Source of the DNA: an uncultured Verrucomicrobiae bacterium
Lineage (GTDB): Bacteria > Verrucomicrobiota > Verrucomicrobiia > Limisphaerales > J093
DNA: 64,000 bases
Direction: 5' to 3'
NCBI GenBank assembly: GCA_937946835.1
Contig: CALFAV010000005.1
Span: forward strand, 117,234-181,233
Part shown: piece by piece, positions 17,344 to 27,353 of the stretch
Position numbering within the stretch: the stretch's first letter is position 1
Layout of the letters: every line of letters starts with the position of its first letter
Notes under the pieces: generated by a model
What the model saw: the letters and a program-made list of their open reading frames with translations, nothing else
What the model was told of the DNA's origin: nothing
Databases searched by the model: none
Made by a program: the position numbers and the translations under genes

Positions 17344-18912
17344 ATGAGCCCTGGTCCCGCGTCCCCGCGTCCGCCCCTCAACCGCTGGCGCCTCGTGCTG
17401 CTGGCCGCCGTTTGGCTCGCCGCGCGTGCGGCCGAGCCTCCGGTCCCCGCACCCCGGGGCGGGCCGGACACGGTGGCGGCGTTGCGCGAGCGCATCCAGG
17501 CCCACGTGACGCACCCGCGGTTTGCCCGCGCGCATTGGGGCATTCATGCCGTGTCATTGGAGACCGGGCGGGTGCTTTTTACCGCGAACTCGGACAAGTG
17601 GTTCATTCCGGCCTCGACCGCCAAATTGTTTACCGGCGCCCTGGCCCTGGACGTCCTGGGGCCGGACTTTCGCATTCGCACCTCCCTCTTGGCCATGGCC
17701 CGACCCGATGCCCGCGGCGTCCTGGCCGGCGATCTGCGCGTGTACGGGCGCGGCGACCCCGGGTTTCTCGTGGCCGAGGCGGGCGGGGATTGGGACCGCG
17801 CGTTTGCGCCGCTGCTCGAGGCCGCGGCGCGCGCCGGGATCAAACACGTCCTCGGCGGCCTGGTGGCGGACACCAGCTACTTTCGCGGGCCGACCATCGG
17901 ATCGGGCTGGGAGTACGACGACCTGACCTGGTACTACGGCGCGGAGGTCTCGGCCCTGAGCGTGAACAACAATGCCGTCGAGGTCGTCGTGCGCCCCGGC
18001 ACCCGGCCCGGAGTGCCGGCCGAGGTGTTTCTTTTCCCGTCCACTCCGTTTGTGGCCGTGAGCAACCGCCTGCAAACCGTCGCCGCCGGCGGGCCACGCC
18101 GGGTCAACCTCGGGCGCGACCCCCGGGCCAATGTGGTCCATGTCCGGGGGACCTTGCCCGCCGACGCCCGCCCGCTCAGCCAAACCGTCTCGGTGCGCGA
18201 GCCGGCCCGCTGGTTCGGCGAGGAGTTCAAGCGCGCCCTGCACCGACGCGGCATCGTGGTGCGCGGACCGGTCCGGGTCGTGGACGGTTCCTCCCCCGAC
18301 CCGGCCCCCTCGCCGTCGGGGCGATGGCTCGAATTGGGCGGGTGCGACTCGGCTCCGTTGCGCGACCTGCTGCCGCGGATGCTCAAGCCCTCGCAAAACC
18401 TGCACGCGCAGCTCTGGCTCTTGCAGGCCGGGGCGGCCCTCGGCCCCGCCGAGCCGGATGAGACCAGCGAACGGGCCGGGCTGCGGGCGCTGGCGGCTTT
18501 CCTCCAACGGGTCGGCATCCCGACCGGCGAGGTGCGCCTTGAGGAAGGCTCGGGGTTGTCGCGCCACAACATGGTGACGCCCCGCGCCCTGGTGCGCCTG
18601 CTCGAGTACATGACCCGGCACCCGCACGCCGCGGTCTTCCGCGAGGCCCTGCCCGTGGCCGGGGTGGACGGCACGTTGCGCTCCCGCCTGCGCGGCACCC
18701 CCGCCGAGGGGAACCTGCGTGCCAAGACCGGTTCCCTGGACCTGGTCAGCGCGCTGGCCGGTTACGTGACCACCGCCGCGGGCGAACCTTTGGTGTTTGC
18801 CCTGCTGCTCAACCAGTACGCGGGGGGCGAGCGGCCCGCCCGGGCCGAACTGGATGACATTGCCGCCTGGCTGGCCGGCCTGCGCCAGCACACCCGCGAA
18901 CGGCGCGAATAA
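17344..18912 (+). CDS. dacB: D-alanyl-D-alanine carboxypeptidase/endopeptidase (PBP4, peptidase S13)
   Basis: ATG 17344 is followed by a signal peptide (WRLVLLAAVWLAARAAEP). The motifs SxxK (ASTAKLFT), SxN (KPSQNLH) and KTG (RAKTGSL) appear in the correct order. Confidence 0.85.
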   Translation: MSPGPASPRPPLNRWRLVLLAAVWLAARAAEPPVPAPRGGPDTVAALRERIQAHVTHPRFARAHWGIHAVSLETGRVLFTANSDKWFIPASTAKLFTGALALDVLGPDFRIRTSLLAMARPDARGVLAGDLRVYGRGDPGFLVAEAGGDWDRAFAPLLEAAARAGIKHVLGGLVADTSYFRGPTIGSGWEYDDLTWYYGAEVSALSVNNNAVEVVVRPGTRPGVPAEVFLFPSTPFVAVSNRLQTVAAGGPRRVNLGRDPRANVVHVRGTLPADARPLSQTVSVREPARWFGEEFKRALHRRGIVVRGPVRVVDGSSPDPAPSPSGRWLELGGCDSAPLRDLLPRMLKPSQNLHAQLWLLQAGAALGPAEPDETSERAGLRALAAFLQRVGIPTGEVRLEEGSGLSRHNMVTPRALVRLLEYMTRHPHAAVFREALPVAGVDGTLRSRLRGTPAEGNLRAKTGSLDLVSALAGYVTTAAGEPLVFALLLNQYAGGERPARAELDDIAAWLAGLRQHTRERRE

Positions 18913-19047
18913 CGCACCGCCGGCCCGGCCGCGCGGCTCCACGACCGGCGGCACGCCTGCCGTTGCCGCGCCAGCGGCCGCCAGCGGTCGCCCTCCAAAC
19001 GCTCGCGCGCCAGCGGGACCGTGAAATCGGGTGCCAGCCCTTGGAGT

Positions 19048-19070
19048 GCGCCGGCTCGCCGGCGCTTTTG
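19048..19070 (+). terminator. Rho-independent terminator downstream of dacB
   Basis: GCGCCGG-ctcg-CCGGCGC (7-bp GC stem, 4-nt loop) followed by TTTTG, 136 nt after the dacB stop. Confidence 0.5.
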
Positions 19071-19138
19071 TAGGCCAGGGCAGGGGAAGTTCCGCGACCG
19101 CAGTGATGCGGGCAAACGGTTAGCGGAGTCGTTCCGGC

Positions 19139-19849
19139 TCAGCGCGGGCGGATCACCAGTTCTTCGACCACGGCGTGCGGGGGCAGGCTCACGCACAGCC
19201 AGACGCACTCGGCCACGTCCTCCGGCCGGAGCATCCGCGCCCGGGCCTCGGGCGAGGGCGGCTGGGGGCGCTTGTCCAGCAGCGGGGTGTCAATGTCCCC
19301 GGGAAAAATGGCGCAGGCGCGGATGCCGTGGGCGCGTTCCTCGGCGTTGAGGCTCTGGGTCAGGCCGGCCAGGCCGAACTTGGAGATGACGTACGCCGCG
19401 CCCGCCTTGGGGCTGGCCTGTTTGCCGGCGTCGGAGACGATGTTGACGATGGTACCGCTGCCGCGCCGCCGCATCTCCGGCAGAAACGCCTGCACGCAGA
19501 AGTAGGCCCCATGCAGGTTGGTGCCCAGAAGGTCCTGGTAATCGAACAGCGACAACTCGGCCAGGGCGCGGCGCGGGGTGTTGGTGCCGGCGGCGTTGAC
19601 CAGCAGGTGCACCTCGCCCAACTCGGCGTGCACCCGCTCGGCCATGCGCGCCACGGCCGCGGCGTCCCGGATGTCGCAGGGCACGGGCAGGAGCTGGTCC
19701 GCGCGCTCGCCGGTCAGCCGGGCGGTTTCGTCCAGGGAGGCGGGCTGACGGCCGATCAGCGCCACGCGCCAACCTTCCCGGGCCAGGCGCAGGGCCACCG
19801 CCCGTCCCACGCCGCTGCCCGCGCCGGTCACCACCGCATGTGAACTCAT
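19139..19849 (-). CDS. Short-chain dehydrogenase/reductase (SDR)
   Basis: TGAGSGVGRA cofactor motif, NAAG, and the YxxxK active site (AYVISKFG). Confidence 0.85.
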   Translation of the reverse strand: MSSHAVVTGAGSGVGRAVALRLAREGWRVALIGRQPASLDETARLTGERADQLLPVPCDIRDAAAVARMAERVHAELGEVHLLVNAAGTNTPRRALAELSLFDYQDLLGTNLHGAYFCVQAFLPEMRRRGSGTIVNIVSDAGKQASPKAGAAYVISKFGLAGLTQSLNAEERAHGIRACAIFPGDIDTPLLDKRPQPPSPEARARMLRPEDVAECVWLCVSLPPHAVVEELVIRPR

Positions 19850-19919
19850 GCGGGCCAGTCTAGCGCAAGCAATCCCCGGAGCAAAGGGCCAAAGGGTTTA
19901 GCAATTCTGTTCAGAGGCT

Positions 19920-19948
19920 TTGACAAACAGCCCCCCTTTGCGGAGTAT
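19920..19948 (+). promoter_or_regulatory. Candidate sigma70-type promoter of hisDC (TTGACA-N17-GAGTAT)
   Basis: Perfect -35 hexamer at 19920-19925 and a weak -10 at 19943-19948. The hisD ATG at 19957 lies only 8 nt after the -10, implying a leaderless or near-leaderless mRNA. Confidence 0.3.
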
Positions 19949-19956
19949 GCCCCTAA

Positions 19957-21291
19957 ATGAACGTCATTCGGCATCATGAGCCGGGGTACGCCGCGGCGAT
20001 CGAGGCCCTGGTGCGCGGGACTTCCCTGTTCGACGCGGAGGTCGAGGCGCGCACCCGCGAGATTCTCCGGGCGGTGGCCGAGCGTGGGGACGCGGCCCTG
20101 TGCGAACTGACCCGGCGTTTCGATGGTGCGGACCTGCGCCCGGACCAACTGGCCGTGACCCGGGCCGAGTTGTTTCAGGCCTCGGTGCAGGCCGGGCCGG
20201 AACTGCGCCGCACCCTGGCTCTGGCCGCCCGCAACATCGAGCGTTTCAGTCGGCGGGGCCTGCGCCGGGACTGGACCCTGCGCAATGCCCAGGGCGGTCG
20301 GGTGGGGGAGAAGTTCGACCCGTTCGAACGGGTGGGCATCTACATCCCCGGCGGCACCGCCCCGCTGGTGTCCACGGCCCTGATGACCGTGCTGGTGGCG
20401 CGCGTGGCCGGTTGCCCGCAGATCGTGGTCTGCACTCCCTGTGACGCGCGCGGCGCCATCAATCCGAACCTGCTTTTCGCCGCCCGGTTGGCCGGGGCCA
20501 CCGAGATTTACCGGGTGGGCGGCGCGCAGGCCGTGGCCGCGCTGGCCTGCGGCACCGCCACCATCGCCCCGGTGCAAAAGATCTTCGGCCCCGGCAACGC
20601 CTATGTGGTCACCGCCAAGCGCCTGCTGGTGGGGCGGGTGGCCATTGACCTGTTGCCCGGCCCCAGCGAGGTGTTGGTGCTGGCGGACGACTCGGCACCC
20701 CCCGCCTTCGTGGCCGCGGACCTCCTGGCCCAGGCCGAACACGGCTCGGGTCACGAGCGGGTCTGGTTGATCACCCCGTCGGCCCGGCTGTTGAGGGCGG
20801 TCCGGGCTGAAATCGCGCGGCAATTACCCGCCTTGAGCCGGCGCACCTTCGTCGAACGCGCGCTGGAGCGCGGCGGCTGGCTCATTCAGGTCCGTTCGCT
20901 GGCCGAGGGGGTGGCGCTGGTCAACCGCCTGGCGCCGGAGCATTGCGAGGTGATGACCCGCCAGCCCGCCCGCGTGGCCGCGGGCATTCGCACCGCCGGT
21001 GCGCTGTTCCTGGGCCCCTGGACCCCCACGGTGCTGGGCGATTACCTGGCCGGACCCAGCCACACCCTGCCCACCGGTGGCGCCGGCCGCAGTTTTGCGG
21101 GCCTGACCGTGGACCAGTTCCAGCGTCGCACCAGCGTGGTCGCGTATGATCGCGCGGCCCTGCGGCGTTCGCTGGCCGCGGTGCAGACCCTGGCCGGGAT
21201 CGAGGGGCTGGACGCCCACGCCCGCTCGGCCGCGCTCCGCTTGGAAACCCGCCGGCCCGCTCGCGCCGGCCCTCGCTCGCGTACGCCATGA
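19957..21291 (+). CDS. hisD: Histidinol dehydrogenase
   Basis: Full-length HisD-like sequence (IYIPGGTAPLVSTALM, GPSEVLVLAD, AQAEHG). Confidence 0.95.
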   Translation: MNVIRHHEPGYAAAIEALVRGTSLFDAEVEARTREILRAVAERGDAALCELTRRFDGADLRPDQLAVTRAELFQASVQAGPELRRTLALAARNIERFSRRGLRRDWTLRNAQGGRVGEKFDPFERVGIYIPGGTAPLVSTALMTVLVARVAGCPQIVVCTPCDARGAINPNLLFAARLAGATEIYRVGGAQAVAALACGTATIAPVQKIFGPGNAYVVTAKRLLVGRVAIDLLPGPSEVLVLADDSAPPAFVAADLLAQAEHGSGHERVWLITPSARLLRAVRAEIARQLPALSRRTFVERALERGGWLIQVRSLAEGVALVNRLAPEHCEVMTRQPARVAAGIRTAGALFLGPWTPTVLGDYLAGPSHTLPTGGAGRSFAGLTVDQFQRRTSVVAYDRAALRRSLAAVQTLAGIEGLDAHARSAALRLETRRPARAGPRSRTP

Positions 21292-22457
21292 AAAAAACCA
21301 AACCGGAAGCCATCAACCCCGCCGACCTGGTGCGCCCGCAGGTGCGGGCCCTGCAGCCCTACACTCCGGGAGAGCAGCCCGGAACCGACGGGGTGATCAA
21401 ACTCAACACCAACGAAAACCCCTACGGCCCCTCGCCCAAGGTACTCCGCGCGCTGCGCGAGGCCCTGGACGAGCGGCTGCGGCTGTATCCACCGCCCACG
21501 GCCGACGCGCTGCGCGAGGCGCTGGCCCGGCGGCACGGCTGCACTCCCGCCCACATTGCCGTGGGCAACGGCATGGACGAGTTGCTGGCCCTGGCCACGC
21601 GTGCCTTTGTGAACTGTTCCCTGCCCGGGGCCAGCGAGCACTACCGGTTCTATCACAGCCACGGGGCGGCCAAGGTGAGCCGGTGCACCGTTCAGTACTT
21701 CACCCCCAGCTACACCCTGTACCCGGTGCTGGCGGACATCCACGGCGCGCAGAAAAACCCCGTGCCCCTGCAAATGGACTTTGCCCTGCCCACGGTGAAC
21801 GAGTTGCGCCGGGGCAAGGTGTGGGATTTTGCCGCGGCCCTCACCTTCATCACCACGCCCAATGCCCCCACCGGCCGGGGCTACCCGCGGGAAGCACTGG
21901 AGGAGATCGTCCGCGCCCAAGAACGGGTGGTGGTGTTGGACGAGGCGTACGTGGACTTTGCCGATGGCGACGCCCTGCCCCTGGCGCTCAAGTACCCGCA
22001 CGTGCTGGTCTTCCGCACCTTCTCCAAGGCCTACTCCTTGTGCGCGCTGCGCGTGGGCTACGCGGTGGGGCATCCCGAGCTCATCGCCGCGCTGCTCAAG
22101 ATCAAGGACAGCTACAACGTCAACGGCCCGGCCCAGATTGCCGCCCGGGCCACGTTGGAGGACCCGGACTACTACGCGGGCACGATCGCCAAGGTGCGCG
22201 CCACGCGCGCCTGGCTGACCCAAAACCTCGAGGACCTGGGTTTCACGGTGTTGCCCAGCCAGACCAACTTCCTGTTTGTCCGCCCGCCGGCGCACCCGGC
22301 CGAGGTCTGGCAGCAACGACTGCGCGAACACAACATCCTGGTGCGCTGGTTCGACACCGTGGAAACCCGCACCTACCTCCGGATCACCGTCGGCAGGGAC
22401 AACGAAGCCCGGGCACTGGTGGACGCGGCGAAAAAAATCCTCGCCGCCAAGGACTGA
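21288..22457 (+). CDS. hisC: Histidinol-phosphate aminotransferase
   Basis: KLNTNENPYGPSP and the PLP-lysine motif TFSKAYSLCALRVGY. The ATGA start/stop overlap with hisD indicates translational coupling. Confidence 0.9.
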   Translation: MKKTKPEAINPADLVRPQVRALQPYTPGEQPGTDGVIKLNTNENPYGPSPKVLRALREALDERLRLYPPPTADALREALARRHGCTPAHIAVGNGMDELLALATRAFVNCSLPGASEHYRFYHSHGAAKVSRCTVQYFTPSYTLYPVLADIHGAQKNPVPLQMDFALPTVNELRRGKVWDFAAALTFITTPNAPTGRGYPREALEEIVRAQERVVVLDEAYVDFADGDALPLALKYPHVLVFRTFSKAYSLCALRVGYAVGHPELIAALLKIKDSYNVNGPAQIAARATLEDPDYYAGTIAKVRATRAWLTQNLEDLGFTVLPSQTNFLFVRPPAHPAEVWQQRLREHNILVRWFDTVETRTYLRITVGRDNEARALVDAAKKILAAKD

Positions 22458-22560
22458 CCCCTGGTCCGCACGGGAAAACCGATCGCTGGTGGGGCGCCTT
22501 CCACGGCGTTCCACACCCCCTGCTGCCGGTGGGAGCGCCTGGTGGCGGGAGCAAAACCAC

Positions 22561-22636
22561 TGGTGGGCCCAGAGGGATTCGAACCCCCGACCCAGCGATT
22601 ATGAGTCGCCTGCTCTAACCCCTGAGCTATGGGCCC
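22561..22636 (-). tRNA. tRNA with CAU anticodon, most like tRNA-Ile2 (lysidine type); elongator Met not excluded
   Basis: The reverse complement GGGCCCATAGCTCAGGGGTTAGAGCAGGCGACTCATAATCGCTGGGTCGGGGGTTCGAATCCCTCTGGGCCCACCA folds as a 76-nt cloverleaf with encoded CCA. From memory, the anticodon arm GGCGA-CTCATAA-TCGCT is the same as in E. coli ileX. Confidence 0.9.
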
Positions 22637-22857
22637 GCCGTCGGTGGCTGGCCCGCACCATTGACCCGGGGCCAGGTCCCGGGCAAGCGCATTCTGCGGA
22701 ACCGCGGGGTCTGAGACTCGACATCCGAAACCCGACGCGGAACCGCCGTGCCGGGGGAGATTGCCCTCCTGTTCGGAAAAGACGGAAACGCCGAACGGCA
22801 TTGGTGGGCAGCTCTGGTCTGTTTGACCGCTCCTCCGAGACCTGCCCCCTGCTCCGT

Positions 22858-25800
22858 TCACCACCTCCGCACGCGGTAAAACGCATAAGGGTGGCGGACC
22901 GCATTGGTGTCCACGAAATTGAACGGGGGCCAGGCGGGAAAACGGGTGGGGACGTACACATCCACCCAGTCCCGCCGCAGTTTGGTGGAGCGTTGCACGA
23001 CGGGGACGCCCTGGCCGCGCAGCCGGCCGTGGACCTCACCCGTGGGCAGGCGGACCAACCGCTCGATGTGCACATCGTAAACGGGCTGCCCCGCCGGGCT
23101 GTAACGGTGGAAACGAAGCCGGCCCCCGTACTGGTACGATTCCAGCGTGCCGATGAAGCCGCTGTCCGTCACCACCAGGAGCGGCGGCCAGAAGGTGAAG
23201 CGGTTAAAGTCCGGGTCCGGCGTTCCGTCCGGTTCAAATCGCCCCACCCGGGCTTCCCGATCCCGCCAGGCTGCGAGGATGCGGCCATCCGGTTGTCCCG
23301 CCAGTGCCAGCGTATTGGTGGTGTGGATCCACTGACCGACCCCGGTCAGGGCCGAGCCCGGCGGCACTTGCAGTCCCGGCGGCAGGCGAACCAGACCGGC
23401 CCCGGTGCCCACCCAAATGCTCCCCTCCGCCGCCCCCCACAGGGCGGAGATGGTTGCCGGACTGGACAGCTCGAAGTCCGGGTCTGGTTGGCCGTCGGGT
23501 CGGAGCCGCCGCAATGTACCGGTCCAGGTCAGCACCTGGCGGCCCGCCACCAGTATTTGTTGGTCGGGCAGCAGCGCAAAGGCGGTCAACTCGGAAAGTC
23601 CCAGCTCGACCAGGTGAAAGTCAGGGTCCGCGCGACCGTCGGGCAGGAGGCGTACCACTCCGGGACTCAGCCCCGGCCCGTGGAAGCGGCCCACGCCGGC
23701 GAGCACGAGGCGGCCATCCGCCTGCAAGCCCCCCGCCAGGTAGTTCACCGGGACCGACTCCGCATCCCAGCCATCCGGGGGCATGAAGGACTCGTCGAAT
23801 TCCCCGTTGGGCAGAAAGCGGGCCGCGCTGGAGCGGACGCGCTCGCCCACGCGGCGGAACTGGCCGGCGACAAGCACTTCCCCTCCCGGCCCTTCGAGCA
23901 ACACTTGAATCGGGCCGTCCGGCCCCGCCGCGGGAGTGAACGTTTCGTCCACCGCTCCGTCCGGCTCCAACCTTGCCAGACCGGGCCGCGGCAGTGCGTC
24001 CACCGCATCGAAGTTCCCGGAAATCAACCAGCGCCCGCCGCGCGCCGGGGTCAGACGGTCCGGACTGCCGCGGATAAACCGCCCCGCACCCGCGGCGGTG
24101 TCGTTGTCGGTGATGTTGATCACGAGGGTGGCCGCGCTCGGGTTGAAGACGACCCGTGGACTGCGGCCCCGCAGGTGCAGCCGCACCTGGCGCGGGCCGT
24201 CCCGGTCCGCGTTGTCCAAAATCGGCAGGCGAAACCGCGCGTACACCCCCACCGGGTCCAGATTGTCCACGGGATCCACGTTCTGAAACAGGGGGCGGAC
24301 CAGCGGAAGGTAATCGCGTCCGGCCCGGGCCCCCCGCTCTTCGTACTCCACCTCCACCAGCGCGTCCGGGGGAACCAGCGGGCTGCCCGGGCTGATCAGT
24401 TTGGCCGAAGTGGCGATGTGAAGCGGGATGCGAGCCTCGGCGTCGGACTCGGACGCGTTGACCTCCGCCTGCCCGAGAAATGAGATGTGATAGCTGGCGT
24501 CGTTGTCCAAGATGAACACCCGCGTGACGGCCCGCTCGGCCTTTTCCGGCGGCAATTCCGTCCCCGGGTAGAGGACGACCTGGAAGGTTTCCGCACCTTC
24601 CTCCAGCGCGTCGTCCAGAATGGGAATTTCCACCAGGCGCACCTGTTCGTTGCCGAAGACCAACAGCCCGGTTTGTCCGACAAAGTCGCTGCCCTCGAGC
24701 GCGGATTCCGGCCTCGTGGCGTACGGGACGGTGGTGAGGCCCAGTCTGGAGACCGGGCCGGCGCGCACGCAGAGGAGGGTGACCTTGCCCGCATCTTCAG
24801 AGACGCTGTAGCTGGGCGCGCCCCAGTACACCGACTCAGAGTAGGGCGGTCCCAGGGGGGCCTCTTCCAGGCGGACCAGGCTGGCGCACGGCTCCCCGTT
24901 GAGACGCTTGAAATTGCTCGAAAACAACACCCGGCCCTGGCGGTCAAACGCCGCCGTCGCCCAAAAAGAGCCGTAATCGCCCCGCTCCGGCCCCTGAATC
25001 AGGTCGAAATTCACCACCACCCGTCCGGCCGGGTCCAGCAGGGCCAGCTCGTTACGGCGGATCCCATTGACGGATTTGACAAAGGGGGCCAGGAAGGCCC
25101 GGCCATCCGCGCTCACCGCCATGGTGCCGGGCAGCACAGGTAACTCGGCCGTTGCGAATGTCGGGTCCCGGGCGCCGTCGGGGAGCAGCCGAAAAACCCG
25201 TGCCCATCCGAGTTGGGGGTCCGCCCCGTAGCCCACCACCAGTCCACCGGGCAGCAGGGCAATGTCCTCCACCAGCGGGGGCAGGTCCACAGGGGAGAAG
25301 CCCCGGTCCCAGGCACCGTCGGCAAGGAAATGCACCAACCCGAACCGCACGGGGCTGAAGGGGCCGCCCAGGTGTCCGGCCACCCACACGCGGCCATCCG
25401 GGGCCACGGCCACCCGGCGCACGTCCCAGTCCCGCAGACTGAGTTCCGGGCGGAAACTCTCGTCCCAAGACCCGTCCGGGCGCAGCCGCACCAGGGTGTT
25501 GATTTCCCGCCCGGCCACCCGAAACGCGCGGGCGTCCAGCACCACGCTTTGGTCGGGCGCCAGTCCGAAGCGGATTCGGGGCGGAACGATGCCTCCCACG
25601 CTGCTTAGGCCGAAGGTATTTTGAATCCAAATCCCGGCCTCAGTCCGCCAGGTCAGCGGCGGCGCAAAGGTCGGGTCACGGCGGCCATCCCATTCCAAGC
25701 GCGCCAGCCCGATGCCCGCATTGGTGTTGCCCGGGAGGGAAAATCGGCCACCGACCAACACGCCGCCTTCCCGGAGCGGCACCAGTTCCTGGACCTCACC

Positions 25801-26067
25801 CGCCAGCGCCCCGGTGGGATCAAACGTGTCGTCCAGCATCCCGTTGGGAAGCAGTCGGGCCAGCCCCGGTCGTGCCACGCCCTGGTAATGTTGAAAACTG
25901 CCCCCGATCAGGATGCGGTCGCCACTGACGATCGCCATCGTTTGCACCGCGCCATCCGGGCCGTCGCCGGGGGTAAATGTCTGGTCCAACCGCACGGTGG
26001 CCTTCAGGGATGGGGCGCTCAGCATCCACCCGGCCAGCCCCAACGGGAAAAGCCGAGTCGTTTTCAT
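22858..26067 (-). CDS. Secreted delta-60-repeat (beta-propeller-like) protein with central Calx-beta domains
   Basis: Signal peptide, then at least 8 copies of the R(L/F)xPDGxxDxxF pattern (RLLPNGMLDDTF, RLRPDGSWDESF, RLEPDGAVDETF, RFEPDGTPDPDF and others). Two Calx-beta-like modules are present (SVSEDAGKVTL, EGSDFVGQTG, LDDALEEGAETFQVVL, ILDNDA, ITDNDT). The C-terminus ends ..HPYAFYRVRRW. Confidence 0.8.
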   Translation of the reverse strand: MKTTRLFPLGLAGWMLSAPSLKATVRLDQTFTPGDGPDGAVQTMAIVSGDRILIGGSFQHYQGVARPGLARLLPNGMLDDTFDPTGALAGEVQELVPLREGGVLVGGRFSLPGNTNAGIGLARLEWDGRRDPTFAPPLTWRTEAGIWIQNTFGLSSVGGIVPPRIRFGLAPDQSVVLDARAFRVAGREINTLVRLRPDGSWDESFRPELSLRDWDVRRVAVAPDGRVWVAGHLGGPFSPVRFGLVHFLADGAWDRGFSPVDLPPLVEDIALLPGGLVVGYGADPQLGWARVFRLLPDGARDPTFATAELPVLPGTMAVSADGRAFLAPFVKSVNGIRRNELALLDPAGRVVVNFDLIQGPERGDYGSFWATAAFDRQGRVLFSSNFKRLNGEPCASLVRLEEAPLGPPYSESVYWGAPSYSVSEDAGKVTLLCVRAGPVSRLGLTTVPYATRPESALEGSDFVGQTGLLVFGNEQVRLVEIPILDDALEEGAETFQVVLYPGTELPPEKAERAVTRVFILDNDASYHISFLGQAEVNASESDAEARIPLHIATSAKLISPGSPLVPPDALVEVEYEERGARAGRDYLPLVRPLFQNVDPVDNLDPVGVYARFRLPILDNADRDGPRQVRLHLRGRSPRVVFNPSAATLVINITDNDTAAGAGRFIRGSPDRLTPARGGRWLISGNFDAVDALPRPGLARLEPDGAVDETFTPAAGPDGPIQVLLEGPGGEVLVAGQFRRVGERVRSSAARFLPNGEFDESFMPPDGWDAESVPVNYLAGGLQADGRLVLAGVGRFHGPGLSPGVVRLLPDGRADPDFHLVELGLSELTAFALLPDQQILVAGRQVLTWTGTLRRLRPDGQPDPDFELSSPATISALWGAAEGSIWVGTGAGLVRLPPGLQVPPGSALTGVGQWIHTTNTLALAGQPDGRILAAWRDREARVGRFEPDGTPDPDFNRFTFWPPLLVVTDSGFIGTLESYQYGGRLRFHRYSPAGQPVYDVHIERLVRLPTGEVHGRLRGQGVPVVQRSTKLRRDWVDVYVPTRFPAWPPFNFVDTNAVRHPYAFYRVRRW

Positions 26068-26405
26068 GGGATCTCTGGGATAGAACGCTCACACGCTACT
26101 CCGCACCCTCCCGGCGTCAAGCGACCCAGCGGCACAGGTGGGCCGGCAGCCCACGAGCGCCTCGCGCGCCGCCCTTTCCTGCCGGTCCGGCCGGCTCCGG
26201 GTCACGGAAACCGAACCCCGAAGGAAGCCCAAGGCCCGAGGTCCGAACAGCCGATCCAACCGACGGCGGGCCGGGGAAAGCCCGGAACAGGCGCGAAGGC
26301 TTTCAGGGTCCGCGTTTCGGTTCTGATCCCCTTGGGACTTCGGATGGGCGGCCGGGAAGGCGAGTGAGCCGGCGAGCGTGGAAGTTACGTCCGTCGCCCG
26401 CCATC

Positions 26406-27329
26406 TCAGAGCCAATCCGCCAGCGCGGCGGCCACTTCCTTCGCCGGCAGCGCGGCCAGACCCTGTGGATGCCGCACCAACCGGAGTCGCTCTCCGCGCG
26501 GGGCCCACACGGCCGCCGGGGTGTCGCCCCACAACACCACGGCCGGCAAGCCCAGCGCTGCCGCCAGGTGGGTGATGCCCGAATCGTGGCCGAGGAAGGC
26601 ACGGGCGCCGGCCAGGTGCCGGGCCAGCTCGCCCAGCGGCAGCCCTTGGGCCAGGTGCAGGCGCTCGGCGGGCCAGCACCGCGCCAGCCGCGGCAGGCGC
26701 TCGGCCTCCGCCTCTCCGCCCACCAGGAGCAGTTCCAGCCCGGGCCGCGCCGCCAGGCTCGTCAACAATTCCGCCCAGCGGGCCTCCGGCCAGTTTTTCC
26801 GCTCGCTGCCGCTGCCCGGATGCACCGCCAACCGGCGCTCGGCGGGGGGCGTTTCGGCCGCCGGCGCCGCCAGGCGCAGGCGCGGCACGGGATCGGCGTC
26901 GAAAATCGCCAGCCGGCTCAGCGGTTCCAGCAACACCTCGGTCGCGTGGCGCGTGCCGGATTCATCCGGGCGGTGCGGCCCGGCGATGAAGGTGGCGCGG
27001 GTGCAGCGGCGCACGTTTTCCTCGAAGATGCGGTCCGGGTCGTAGAGGTAGCTCAGAATGACCGCGCAATCGGCGAAGAACGCCGCCAGGTCCGGGGGCG
27101 GCTCGGCCCGCGCGTTGAAAAACGCCGCCAGACCGCGGGCCTCGATGGGCCGGACCTCGTCGGCCAACCCGCCGACCAGGGCCAGTTGGGCGATGTGCGG
27201 GTACCCCAGCACGGTGAGCCGGGCCCCGGGAAAGTGCGTCCGCAGCGCCGCCAGCACCGGCAGGGTCAGGACGAAATCGCCGATGGCCCCGCCGCGGATG
27301 ACCAGGATGCGCGGCCGCTCGGCGGGCAT
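26406..27329 (-). CDS. Glycosyltransferase family 9 (heptosyltransferase-like)
   Basis: ILVIRGGAIGDFVLTLPVLAALR at the N-terminus and GHDSGITHLAAALGLPAVVLWG near the C-terminus. Confidence 0.85.
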   Translation of the reverse strand: MPAERPRILVIRGGAIGDFVLTLPVLAALRTHFPGARLTVLGYPHIAQLALVGGLADEVRPIEARGLAAFFNARAEPPPDLAAFFADCAVILSYLYDPDRIFEENVRRCTRATFIAGPHRPDESGTRHATEVLLEPLSRLAIFDADPVPRLRLAAPAAETPPAERRLAVHPGSGSERKNWPEARWAELLTSLAARPGLELLLVGGEAEAERLPRLARCWPAERLHLAQGLPLGELARHLAGARAFLGHDSGITHLAAALGLPAVVLWGDTPAAVWAPRGERLRLVRHPQGLAALPAKEVAAALADWL

Positions 27330-27353
27330 AACGGGAAAGGCTCGGGGCGCGGA

